From Squalus acanthias (lineage: Eukaryota), in the NCBI GenBank assembly GCA_030390025.1, contig CM059437.1, positions 94,054,001 through 94,118,000 on the forward strand: a stretch of 64,000 bases of DNA. Direction: 5' to 3'. The notes under the pieces were generated by a model. That model was not told where the DNA came from, did not search any database, and was given only the letters and a program-made list of their open reading frames with translations. Shown here piece by piece: positions 1-11,879 of this stretch (position 1 is its first letter; each line of letters starts with the position of its first letter). The translations under genes were made by a program, and so were the position numbers.

Positions 1-389
1 ACCAACTCACTCAAATCCCTCTTCTCTCCAAATCAGCCGGTGTGACAGAAATGCTGGTGATCCCATGTCATTGACCACTACACGTGCTACCTAGCAAACG
101 GGGTTAGGCTATAGGTTTTATATTTTAAAACAGATCAGATTGTTGATGGTAGGATTACAACATTAGGGATTCTATTGTCAACACTAACAGATATACTGCT
201 GTTCTAACATGTTACTTCTTTCAGAACCTCAAAATATTTGCATTGAGCCTTTTGCAGGAATAATGACTTGTTAAAAAACAGGTGGAGCAGGATCAAAATT
301 GAACTTTGTTAAAGGCTATACTCTCATGCAAACAACTGCCATTAGTCACAATATCCTAGCACAGTTCGTTGATGGGGTTTAGTTTTTAC

Positions 390-527
390 CTCAATATTTT
401 GGAGGTGCATTGCAATACGCTCCTTTTCCTTGATGGATCTCTGCTGAGTGTCTGTAAGTTGTTGAGACAGAGATACATTCTCGATCTTCAGGTGCTCCAG
501 CATTGCTACTTGGGTCATGTGCCCAGC
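390..527 (-). CDS. GOLGA3: GOLGA3 coiled-coil exon (AGHMTQVAMLEHLKIENVSLSQQLTDTQQRSIKEKERIAMHLQNIE); gene continues beyond the window start
   Basis: Not in the ORF track. Acceptor ttttattcacag, donor GAG|GTAAAA, 138 nt, phase 0 to 0; matches human GQMTQAGLLEHLKLENVSLSQQLTETQ. Confidence 0.95.
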
Positions 528-603
528 CTGTGAATAAAAAAAAACATACCCAAATCATTGTGAAACATTATAACTGCATAAACACTAAGCTTAGCATGAA
601 ATA

Positions 604-1031
604 AGAACATAAGAAAACAGGAGCAGGAGTAGGCCAATCGGCCCCTCGAGCCTGCTCCGTCATTCAACAAGATCATGGCTGATCTTCTACCTTAACTCCA
701 CCTTTCCGCACTATCCCCATATCCCTTCATATTCAAAAATCTATTGATCTCTGTCTTGAACAAACGACTGAGCCTCCACAGCCCTCTGGGGTAGAGAATT
801 CCAAAGATTCACCACCGTCTGAGTGAAGAAATTTCTCCTCATCTCAGTCCTAAATGGCCGACCCCTTATTCTGAGACTGTGACTCCCCAGCCAAGGGAAA
901 CATCTTCCTAGCACATACCCTGTCAAGCCCTGTAAGAATTTTATATGTTTCAATGTGATCACCTCTCATTCTTCTAAACTCTAGGGAATGTAGGCCTAGT
1001 CTCCTCAATCTCTCCTCATAGGACAATCCCC
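604..1031 (-). mobile_element. CR1 (HER1-like) LINE 3' fragment
   Basis: C-terminal ORF2 peptide RNFFTQ.VVNLWNSLPQRAVEA and a (TTCTTATG)-type 3' tail. Confidence 0.9.
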
Positions 1032-1407
1032 CCTATGAATAAAATAGTAGTTTTAAGTGTACTGTATATTATTCTTTACTTGGTTTCACTACAAGCTGTA
1101 GTTTACTTCAGAGAAACCATTTTCTAAGAGTCACTAACTAAGTTTTGTACACATTTATAGACAGGCCAAGGTAAAACAATAGTAGCCACATGTTTGAAGC
1201 GTACAATTTAAAGTGAGCCAATTAAAAAAAGATATCACTAAACTTGGAATGCGAAAGGAGCCAAACTGGATTGATTTGAATTCTCAATAAAATTTGGCAG
1301 ACTCCAGTGTGTCTGTTTCTCTTCCTGGTGGCAAAGTAGCACCATAGTTTACGCTCAGTGGAACACGGGTGCCGCCTAAGGTTCGAAAATCTACCACGGT
1401 GCCTTAC

Positions 1408-1610
1408 CTGCACGTTTGCCATTTCGCTCTGTAACCGAACCCTTGCCTCTTGAGCCAGTACCAGTTGCTGCTGGTACCACTGCCTGACCTGCTGCAGAGA
1501 AGTTATTTCAGACTGGGATGTCTTGAGCTGGCTCGTCAGAGTGGCACGGTCCAACTGTGCCTGCTGAAGCTGGCTCTGTAGGCCTGTCATTTGTTGTCGA
1601 ATTGCATGAA
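1408..1610 (-). CDS. GOLGA3: GOLGA3 coiled-coil exon (VHAIRQQMTGLQSQLQQ...RQWYQQQLVLAQEARVRLQSEMANVQ)
   Basis: Acceptor atattttcag, donor CAG|GTAAGG, 203 nt, phase 1 to 0. Confidence 0.96.
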
Positions 1611-2539
1611 CTGAAAATATAAAAATTAAAAAACACTTTAGAATAATAATCTGTAGGTTAGTTTCCTACATTTTGTGAAGGTGATTGCTTTAAAACAAGG
1701 TCCAGGAAGATGTAATTGGACTAGACAAGGGCAAACAAAATGACTCCACCTTATATGGTCAGCCGATGGGATTACTCGTGCTAACACGTTAATCATTTTT
1801 ATGTGAATATCAAAATCGTCCATGTATGAACATAACTTGGTGAGGATAGGTTTAAAGAAGGACAGCCATTACTAGCTATCCAACGAGAACAATGATGTCT
1901 AAAAAGCAACGCTAATCAAAAACAGATTTTGGAAAATAAGTTTGAACAAATATGTAACTAGTTATGAAATTATACCTTGATAATCCTGAAAGACCAATTT
2001 CCTCTTGAAAATTTCAAAAATATTTTAAACAGTTTAAATAAATAATAAAATGTTCAATCTTCAAAATCAGCCAAATAAGGAAAGCTCAGCAGATCATTAC
2101 AAAACCAAACTACTCAAAATAAGTTAAAACTAGCTGCAAAATCCAACCGAACCCCTGCAAGCATTCCCAATGATTTTGCATCATCAGTCACATCCATATA
2201 GAATTACCATACTGCAAAATCATTATATTTAAAAACTTGCACAATCCAGGAGATAGAATGGACACATGACAGATTAGACCAAGGTAATTTAAAAATGCTA
2301 CAACTAGCAACAACCTACATTTGTATGGTGCCTTCAAAGTAGCAGACAACCTAGGCTCTACACAGCTGGGGAATCAGCTCCCCCAACAGCTCAAGAGGTC
2401 GGATTCCCCATCTCTGTTGAATTAGCTATTCCAATAGTTGGGGATACAATGGCCTCACTGCCCCTGGGCTGGTAGAAAAAGGAGGGGGAAAAAAAGCTGT
2501 GGCTCCCAATTCAGATACTGGGAAGCGAGTGAGAGAGAA

Positions 2540-2668
2540 NNNNNNNNNNNNNNNNNNNNNNNNNNNNNNNNNNNNNNNNNNNNNNNNNNNNNNNNNNNNN
2601 NNNNNNNNNNNNNNNNNNNNNNNNNNNNNNNNNNNNNNNNNNNNNNNNNNNNNNNNNNNNNNNNNNNN
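2540..2668. other. Assembly gap (129 N) between (GA)n and (CA)n
   Basis: Run of N. Confidence 0.99.
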
Positions 2669-2857
2669 CACACACTGTCTGGGTTCACACATCAAAAAGA
2701 AAATTTGGGCAAGTTAATGGTTGGCTGCAAGCACCCACGAAACTGTATCCCAGCAAGAGTCAGTACATCAAGGCGAGGAGGGGAGAAGACTAAAAATAAA
2801 AAGGTTATAAAATTCTCCAACAGAGCTCAGATTCGAACACTCCATAAAAAGACATAC

Positions 2858-3164
2858 CTGAATTATCTCTGCTACAAATTGCCTGCTGCATTTCCTCAAC
2901 CTTTCCCATCAGTCTGCGATACTGCTCCTCAGCCACCTGAAGATCATTGTTTAGTCCAGCTAAACCGGCATTCTTGGCCTCGAGATTGGTCTGCAGCTCA
3001 GTCATGGCCTGTTCCAGACTGGAACACGTTTGCCGTAAGGTGCTCACTTCAGAGTTCAACATGCTTTGTCTTTGCTCACTGAGCACCTTCTGCTCATCCT
3101 GCGCCTGCAGTCGTGCATTTAAAGCTGCCAATTGGGCCTGCAATTCAGTCTTCTCCTTCAAACC
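2858..3164 (-). CDS. GOLGA3: GOLGA3 coiled-coil exon (GLKEKTELQAQLAAL...NNDLQVAEEQY...SRDNS)
   Basis: Acceptor ctttaacttctaag, donor G|GTATGT, 307 nt, phase 0 to 1. Confidence 0.96.
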
Positions 3165-3993
3165 CTTAGAAGTTAAAGAGAATGGCAATGATGACCTTTT
3201 TTCAATTTACTAAGGAATGGTTATGCTTTTTCCTAATTGCTCTACATTCTGCTTTGACATCAATGCTGGAATACCTGAGGACGAGCATATCACTTCCTTT
3301 AAAGAAAAATTACACAGAAACTCAGTTCACATGGACACAAAGACCTTCACAGTTTACGGAATTGGAAAAAAAGTCTAAAAACCATATAATCAACTGAGTG
3401 ATATTTTGAATTTGTACTTCACCTGTGGGAGCTATAGAGAGGGAGAAAGCGCTGCCACAAATATTTTTACATTACCATGAGCAGTCCAAAACTTACTCTG
3501 ACAAGACCTGGATTATACTAGATAGGCAATGGACATCAAAAACTAAAACAGACACACACAAATTACAAGATAGGGTTTTTTCTTTGTAAATCAACCGCGA
3601 GGTACAATGTTATGTTTGCAGTGTAGGTCCTGTTCACTCAAAAGATACCATGGGCTCTCACAATTTAAAGACAGTTATAGAAATTTAGAAGTAGCATTAC
3701 TTCCACGTGGTCTTTTGATATATATATATTATATAAAATTCAACAATAGATCTGGTGGATTAAAGAAGTCTTGCTTTGTCTCGTGGTTTTCATTGATGAA
3801 GGCACACCAAAAATGGAGGCGCGAGTTAATTGGAAAATGCTCGTGAGTACAGACCAACGGGGGGACAATGATTAAAAACAGATTGGGATAACTGAATCTT
3901 TCTACATTTCTGTAATATTTACAGTAGTGACTAATGTCATTTAATTTTTTTTTTTAATGCTAAGCACAGATCAACAGGACTAATATTTTTCAC

Positions 3994-4105
3994 CTCATTC
4001 GCTTCAGAAGACAGAGCTTCCAACTGTCCCTCAAGCCGCATTTTTTCTTTAAGAATCTGCATAAGGTCATCATGGGATTCCATCACGGAGCTTTCCATGG
4101 AAACA
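3994..4105 (-). CDS. GOLGA3: GOLGA3 coding exon (SVSMESSVMESHDDLMQILKEKMRLEGQLEALSSEANE)
   Basis: Not in the ORF track. Acceptor ttttgttctgcag, donor GAG|GTGAAA, 112 nt, phase 2 to 0; LKEKMRLEGQLEALS is conserved. Confidence 0.95.
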
Positions 4106-5874
4106 CTGCAGAACAAAATTACAACACAGCAGAGCTGAACACACCATACACAACACAGTCAACATCAAATGAAAACCAACTCCAGCAACCCCATTTGATC
4201 TGGAATTCATGTGCGATCTGCAAATGCTGTGTACTAATCTGTGAACCATTTATTTGTGGTAAATGGATGTATTTGCTCCACTAATGAAAATCAAAACTTT
4301 TGCTAAGTTGTTCTCAAAGCAATTATTAAAGTACGACGAACCACAAATCTGATCACAATGCAAATCTAGCCATCAGTTAAACCATTATTTTCCTGAGCTA
4401 TTGGCCGAACGCATACAAATTAATAAAGTAACAGAATCAACAATTTCATTTACTTTGCATGCCCTTCTGTACTCTTTGAATAAAGCAAACCTTTTATAAT
4501 GGGGAGAAATGTGGCCAGGTCACTACACGGGCTGCAGCGGTTCAAGGCGGTGGCTCACCACCACCACATACTCGAGGAAAATTAGGGATGGGCAATAAAT
4601 GCTGGCCTTGCCAGCGGTGCCGACATCCCATGAATGAATTTTTTTTAAACGTTGCCAGTGAAGAGATTCACCCTGGGTGCAGTCCTTTCAAGACTTTGAC
4701 AATGCCAGGATAAGTTTCAATTCATTGGGGCTTTTTTCCCCCCCATTAGAAATTCTGAAAGGATGGGACAAGGTAGACAGAAACTCGCATGGAATCCTCG
4801 TACAGTGCCTTGCAGTCCCACAAACTTCAATGATACTGCCCAGCCGAGAGTAAAACTCCTTTTCTGGTGTAGCGTTTTTACCTTGCATCTGTTACATATA
4901 AAACACAATTAAAGAATAGAAAAGGTTGCAAGCATAAAGCATTATTGCCGTGGTTCCTGTAGAATAGTCCAATCCAGCAGTCAAAGGATGGGGCGGAGCT
5001 GGGGTCTGCCTGCTCCCTCACGTGGCAATTTGAGGCTTTCAAGCTGCAGCCCAACTTTCTAGTAAATATTTTTAAGGACTGGACTGATATGACTCCAGAG
5101 GGGCTCAAACACCAAGGGACAGCTTCCTGCTTTACAAGAAAAAGAAAGGCCTTCATTGCTATTTCATCCACACAAAATAGACAGCACCTCTGTCTCTACA
5201 ATTACAGGGGGGGGGGGGGGTGCTTAGCAACAACCGAGAGCAACTTTAACCCACCAACCCCCACATTAGCTCATTTAGAGGGAAAATACCAACCTCAATT
5301 TAGGAGTGGATGAGGCAAGGCAAGGACACACTGCATCTCAGAACTTGGAGAAATCAACAATTTCAAATCTTTTAGTTGATTTTAAAAAAAACTAGGAAGT
5401 GCTGATGGCTGTGCTTGTTTGAGAGAGTTGGGGCAGTGGGGAGGGAGAAAGGGAGCGAAAGGACAAAAACAGAATGGACTTTGAGGAGTTCCTGAGTCTG
5501 CCCACTTAAGGTAGCCATTTTTAAATCACTATGGGTTAATGACTATGCACACAGTGCTATTAACCTAGCTCCTTTATATTGTTAGACTTAGCATCTTTTC
5601 TAAAGAAGCTATCAGGCATTATTATTAAAACAAATTTCCTTAATAGACATTAAGGTTATTTGGAACTGCAGCCTTAAAAAAAGATCCTGACTGCAACGCT
5701 CAATCCTTAAAAGCACCAATCAATATTTGATTCCATTAAGAATTCACAGCTCATTTTTACAGAATGGTATCTTGTGCCAACAGGTGCCCAATAAAACAAC
5801 AGTTTCAAATTCTGAAGTTACTTTGAACAGCTCCCGAGTAAGGCTACTTTAATTGTATTCGGCGGCGGAATTAC

Positions 5875-6569
5875 CTGCTGGAAATGCTGTCTCTGCGGCT
5901 CTGCACTGCTCCATTCACTTCCTGCTGCTCACTCTGATGTTCTGCTGCTGCAGCTTGCAAGACCTCCCCAATGGAAGGGAAGTGCCCCATAGCATCTGAT
6001 GAAATTTCTTGCCCTTCAACCATGTACGTGTTTTTTTGCCTGGTGTCCAGTGAGGGCATGGTGCCATAGATACCGGTGGTAGATACACTGCTGTATGAAG
6101 AGCTGTCACTTTCATTCTCATCTTGCCTCGCTCCCAGCTCGCTGCCATCTATCTCAGAGTTATTGTCCTCTATGTGTAACGAAGCCTCCAATTTATCTTC
6201 ATTTTCTGATGCGAAGCCTATTTCAGATATGACCGATGTGGATGAGCCAGTCCTGTTCTGTGTAAGGGATCCCAATGTTTCCGCACTGGAAGACCTTCCA
6301 ATACTACTCATGGCCTCTGAACTATCAGTTTTATAATCCGCAAGGGATCTTATTTTGCTGGACTTGGAACTCTTTGTAGTCTTTTCGTCTTTGGAAATGC
6401 TTGGCATTCCAAGGCTACCCACCTTGGGTCCTCGTGGAACGCTAGTCCTCAGGAACGAGTATTCCTTAGTCAAGGCGAGGGTACTAGCTCGTGGAAGTAC
6501 TTCTGGGTGGAACATCAACTCTGGGTCCAAAGTACTGGTGAGCCGATTTTTTGGTGTCGATTGCTTAGA
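5875..6569 (-). CDS. GOLGA3: GOLGA3 coding exon, head domain (SKQSTPKNRLTSTLDPELM...KEYSFLRTSVPRGPKVGSLG...SRRDSISS)
   Basis: Acceptor ttatctttcag, donor AG|GTAATT, 695 nt, phase 0 to 2; TKEYSFLRTSVPRGPKVGSLG matches the golgin-160 head motif. Confidence 0.97.
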
Positions 6570-6767
6570 CTGAAAGATAACAGTAGAAATATCATTCGAA
6601 ATAGCTGTTCCTCAACAAGACAGGGATTTGTTCTGTGAAATACATACAGGAGGCTTCTCAAACATTGCTATTCATAATATAGACTATCTTTCACGCTCAG
6701 TAAAATGGAAACTTTAATAGTAATTGCGGTTAGCATAACAGAAGAAAAAAAATCAGGAGCTGCATAA

Positions 6768-8508
6768 CTCAGGCATTCAATAGTAGAGAGGGCTTTAAAC
6801 TAAATAGGGGGGGGGGGGAGGATCCAGATGAGCGTGAATTTAAAAAGTCAATGAGAAATGAGAAAACAAAAGAGCAGGATAGAGATGGGGGAAATAATAA
6901 CCAGAGTGTGACAGGAAGGGACAGAATGTTTAAAAATAAGAGCGCAACAGAAAATGGGGCCAAAGCAAGGAGAAATGGTAAAAAGATAAAGTTAAAAACT
7001 CTATATCTGAATGCATGCAGCATTCGTAACAAGATAGATGAGTTGACGGCACAGATACAAATGGGTATGATCTGATTGCCATTACAGAGACATGGTTGCA
7101 AGGTGATCAGGGCTGGGAACTGAATATTCCAGGGTATCTGACAATTCGGAACGACATTGGGAAAATGCTGGAGTCCTTCATTAAGGAAGCAGTAGCAGGG
7201 CATTTGGAAAATCATAATGCAGTCAGGCAGAGTCAGCATGGTTTTATGAAAGGGAAATCATGTTTAACAAATTTGCTGGAGTTCTTTGAGGATGTAACGA
7301 GCAGGGTGGACAAAGGTGAACCAGTAGATGTGGTGTATTTGGATTTTCAGAAGGCATTCGATAAGGTGCCACAAAAAAGGTTACTGCATAAGATAAGAGC
7401 TCACGGAATTGGGGGTAATATATTAGCATGGATAGAGAATTGGCTAACTAACAGAAAGCAGAGAGTCGGGATAAATGGGTCATTTTCCGGTTGGCAAACG
7501 GTAACTAGTGTGGTGCCACAGGGATCGGTGCTGGGGCCTCAACTATTTACAATCTACACTAATAACTTGGATGAAGGGACCGAGTGTAATGTAGCCAAGT
7601 TTGTGGATGATACAAAAATGGGTGGGAAAGCAAGTTGTGCAGAGGACTCAAAGGGATATAGACAGGCTAAGTGAGTGGGCAAACATTTGGCAGATGGAGT
7701 ATAATGTGGGAAAGTGCGAGGTTATCCACTTTGGCAGGAAAAATAAAAAAGCAAATTATTTTTTAAATGGAGAGATTACAAAATGCTACAGTTCAGAGGG
7801 ACCTGGGGGTCCTTGTGCATGAAACACAAAAAGTTAGCATGCAGGTACAGCAAGTAATCAAAAAGGCAAATGGAATGTTGGCCTTTATTTCAAGGGGGTT
7901 GGAGTATAAAAGCAGGGAAGTCCTGTTACAACTGTACAGGGTATTGGTGAGACCACACCTTGAGTACTGTGTACAGTTTTGGTCTCCTTATTTAAGGAAG
8001 GATATACTTGCATTGGAGGCAGTTCAGAGACGATTCACTAGGTTAATTCCAGAGATGAGGGGGTTGACTTATAAGGAAAGGTTGAGCAGGCTGGGCCTAT
8101 ACTCATTGGAATTTAGAAGAATGAGAGGTGATCTTATTGAAACATAAGATACTGAGGGGGCTCGACAAAGTAGATGCAGAGAGGATGTTTCCCCTCGTGG
8201 GGAAATCTAGAACTCGGGGGCACAGTTTTAGAAAAGGGTTGCCCTTTTAGAACTGAAATGAGGAGGAATTTCTTCTGAGGGTCGTAAATCTGTGGAATTA
8301 TCTGCCCCAGAGAGCTGTGGAGGCTGGGTCATCAAATACATTTAAGGTGGAGATGGACAGATTTTTGCAAGATAATGGAGTGAAGGGTTATGGGGAGCGG
8401 GCGGGGAAGTGGTTTTGAGACCAAGATCAGCCATGATCTTATTGAATGGTGGAGCAGGCTCGAGGGGCCAAGTGGCCTACTCCTGCTCCTATTTCTTATG
8501 TTCTTACG
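6768..8508 (+). mobile_element. CR1 LINE, internally deleted (endonuclease start fused to RT at ~7155), frameshifted
   Basis: LYLNACSIRNK..AITETWL endonuclease start; QHGFMKGKSCLTNL, YLDFQKAFDKV, PQGSVLGP and FVDD RT motifs; TTCTTATGTTCTTA tail. Confidence 0.95.
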
Positions 8509-9227
8509 TAATAGGTAGAACATTTCCTCATCTCGCATCATTGACAGCTCTTTGCCCACCTCCAACCCCACTAATGTCCGCTTTCTCAGTAAAACCTAAC
8601 TCCCCCTGTTCTAACCCTCCCTAGGACATTGCTGTCTCATTCGACCTGCTCAACAGATCTAGTTTCGACCTTTGATGCCTCTTTCGCCCAGTACAACTCC
8701 TATAGTCGCATCCTAAAATCTGACGGCTGCAAGCTTGAGCACACAAGGCTCAAGGTTTACCACCACCACATCAAGCAATAACATCTCATCCTCTCCACAA
8801 TAAATTCCTCAATACAAGCCTGGAGGATAAGGCCAATCCCAAATTTTTTTTTTTCCCCTCTCCAAAAATTTGGGATCCAGTCAGTATTTGAGTAATTTGA
8901 GACATGACATGTGGTGAGAGTAGCGTGCTCGGGAGGAACAGGTGACTTTGGACCTATGGTTCCCAAAGCTCTCCACCACTCCTCGCCTCATGTCTGGGTC
9001 TGTTGTAGACTAATTGATAGAGATTAGCCAAGAAATACATTATCGTTGTATTATGTGACTACCAGGATGGGAGAAGGCAAAATAAATGGACTGTGGTCGT
9101 TTTTCATCTAGCAATTCCTATGCTATTAAATCAGTTCCTTCAAGCCTCTTCTCTGCCCCTCCACCGTTAACTCATGGATTTCTTTTGCTCTACAACCCTT
9201 GTTTACAGTTCCCTTATGGCCTACCTA

Positions 9228-10148
9228 ACATAAGAACATAAGAAATAGGAGCAGGAGTCGGCCATTTGGCCCTTCGAGCCTGCTCCGCCATTCAATAAGA
9301 TCATGGCTGATCTTCTACCTCATCTCCACTTTCCTGCACTATCCCCATATCGCTTGATTCCTTAATATTCAAAAATCTATTGATCTCTGTCTTGAATATA
9401 CTCAACGACTGAGCCTCCACAGCCCTCTGGGGTAGAGAATTCCAAAGATTCACCACCCTCTGAGTGAAGAAATTTCTCCTCATCTCAGTCCTAAATGGCC
9501 AATCCCTTATCCTGAGACTGAGACCCCTGGTTCTACACTCCCCAGCCAGGGAAAACATCCTCCCTGCATCTACCCTGTCAAGCCCTGTAAGAATTTTGCA
9601 TGTTTCAATGAGATCACCTCTCATTCTTCTAAACGCCAGAGAATATAGGCCTAGTCCACTCAATCTCTCCTCATAGGACAATCCCCCCAACCCAGGAATC
9701 AGTCTGGTGAACCTTCGCTGCACTCCCTCTATGGCAAGTATATCCTTCCTTAAGTAAGGAGACCAAAACTGTACACAATACTCCAGGTGTGGTCTCACCA
9801 GGGGCCGATATAAAATTGCATTAAGACGTCTTTACTCTTATACTCAAATCCTCTTGTAATAAAGGCCAACATACCATTTGCTTTCCTAATTGCTTGCTGT
9901 ACCTGCATGTCAACTTTCAGTGATTCATGTACAAGGACACCCAGGCCCCTCTGAACACCAACATTTCCCAATCTCTCACCATTTAAAAAACTCTGCTTTT
10001 CTATTTTTCCTACCAAAGTGGATAACTTCACATTTCTCCACATTATATTCCATTTGCCATGTTCTTGCCCACTCACTTAGCCTGTCCATATCCCCTTGAA
10101 GCCTCCTTGCATCCTCCTCACAACTTACATTCTCACCCAGCTTTGTAC
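9228..10148 (-). mobile_element. CR1 LINE 3' fragment
   Basis: [39 protein letters not shown]; ACATAAGA repeats (tail in reverse). Confidence 0.95.
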
Positions 10149-10584
10149 CTTAGCCCTACAGCTATAATCCCTTTCAGCCCTATGTCTCAGATCGAACCAT
10201 TCACCCCTCTGACTCCAGAGTACTGTGCATCCATCCTTCCCTCTTCACCACCATCAGTGACAGAGCCTTCAGCTACCTCAGGAACCTCTTTGCCTTGCTA
10301 CATTCATCCGAACAGGCAGATGGGGCCTCAGATTAATGTCTGACCGGACACCTCCACCCATGCAGCGCTCCCTCAGTACGGCACTGAAGTCTCAGCCTAG
10401 ATGATGTGCTGAAGACCTGGAGTGGGGTTTGAACCCACAACCTTTTGACTTCGACGACTGCCATCACTGAGCCAAGCTAATACAGGTTAATTACTACAAG
10501 GTGTGTATAATCACAACCGAGTTGAAACAAAGATGAGCTGTATCTCTCGTCCCTCTCCCACCTGCTGTATCCAGACACACTTAC

Positions 10585-10697
10585 TCTCTGCTGGTGCCTT
10601 TGTACTCTGTACTGTTGGAGTTGCTCTTCAAGACGCCGTCGAGCCTGTGAACGTATCTGTTCTTCATTCTGTTCTTTCAAACAAGGGTCCACAGTAC
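10585..10697 (-). CDS. GOLGA3: GOLGA3 coding exon (TVDPCLKEQNEEQIRSQARRRLEEQLQQYRVQRHQQR)
   Basis: Acceptor gttttgaaatcag, donor AGA|GTAAGT, 113 nt, phase 1 to 0; matches human EEQVRLQARKWLEEQLKQYRVKRQQER. Confidence 0.95.
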
Positions 10698-11879
10698 CTG
10701 ATTTCAAAACAAAATCATAATTTCAAACCATCAACATAAATCTTTTTATAACTCTACCTATAATAAAAACCAGCACAGCAATTACAATTACATGATAAAA
10801 GATCTCGGTTCTTAACACTGCTTATTTATAAAATGTCGTCAGAGGGTTCACAAATTAATTTCCTAAAGCTATAATCATTTTGTCACAAAAGGCCCAGTCA
10901 CCTGAAGCACTTGTAAATACTTTCCACTTAATCTTTTCTATACTTTCATCTTGCCATGGAAACTACAATTTCCCAATCTAGACTTAACTACCACTCTTCC
11001 ACAGACAACCAGCCTCACTTGACCTGGGCCATGTATAAATCCCCCTTCCACTTGTAAAATTCTCTTTCCCTTCATTATAGCCACCTCTCTATCCCCATCG
11101 CATTCCATGTACCAGGCTTTAACCAGCAGGCCGGTTCCAATTCCTCCGCCAGTGCCAGTCACCAATCGATCCAACACACTGATCAAGGTTGACTTGCCTT
11201 TAGAGTCCCCCCTCCTTCCTTATCGAGTATTCATCCAATTCCCTTTTGAAAGTTACTATTGAATCTGCTTCTACCACCCTTTCAGGGAGTGCATTCCAGA
11301 TCACAACAACTCGTTGCGTAAAAAAAATTCTCATCTCCCCGCTAATTTCTCTTAAATCTATGTCCTCTGGTTACCTGCCCACCACCAGTGGAAAGAGTTG
11401 CTTCTTATTTACTCCATCGAAACCCTTCATGATTTTGAGCACCTTTATTAGATCTCACCTCACCACAAAAAAAAAATCACCCAATATTATCAGAATCTAA
11501 AGCTTACCATTATGTCAGCATGCACAATCTGGTCAGGTCTTGTTTTACAGGAAACACCCGACACGGTTTCAACAAAAAGTAAGAATTTTGAGTCTTTATT
11601 CCATTAGTGGGGCAGCCGATGTGAGTCAGATGAAAACGAGCAGAGACTCACTCAGCATGCCAGCTCATTACAATAGTCATTACACTTAGTTAATTTAACG
11701 TAGAACATAGAAAATTCATTACAATATAAATGGATTGCAAAAAAAAAACTTGGTCATAATTGGATAGCTGTGAAAAGATTTGTTGCACAAAAGCTCACCT
11801 CATTTTATGTAACAATTTCTTACAGAATCTCACGTTAGGCATGGCAAGAACTAACTTGCAAAGCAGAAATTTAAAAAAT

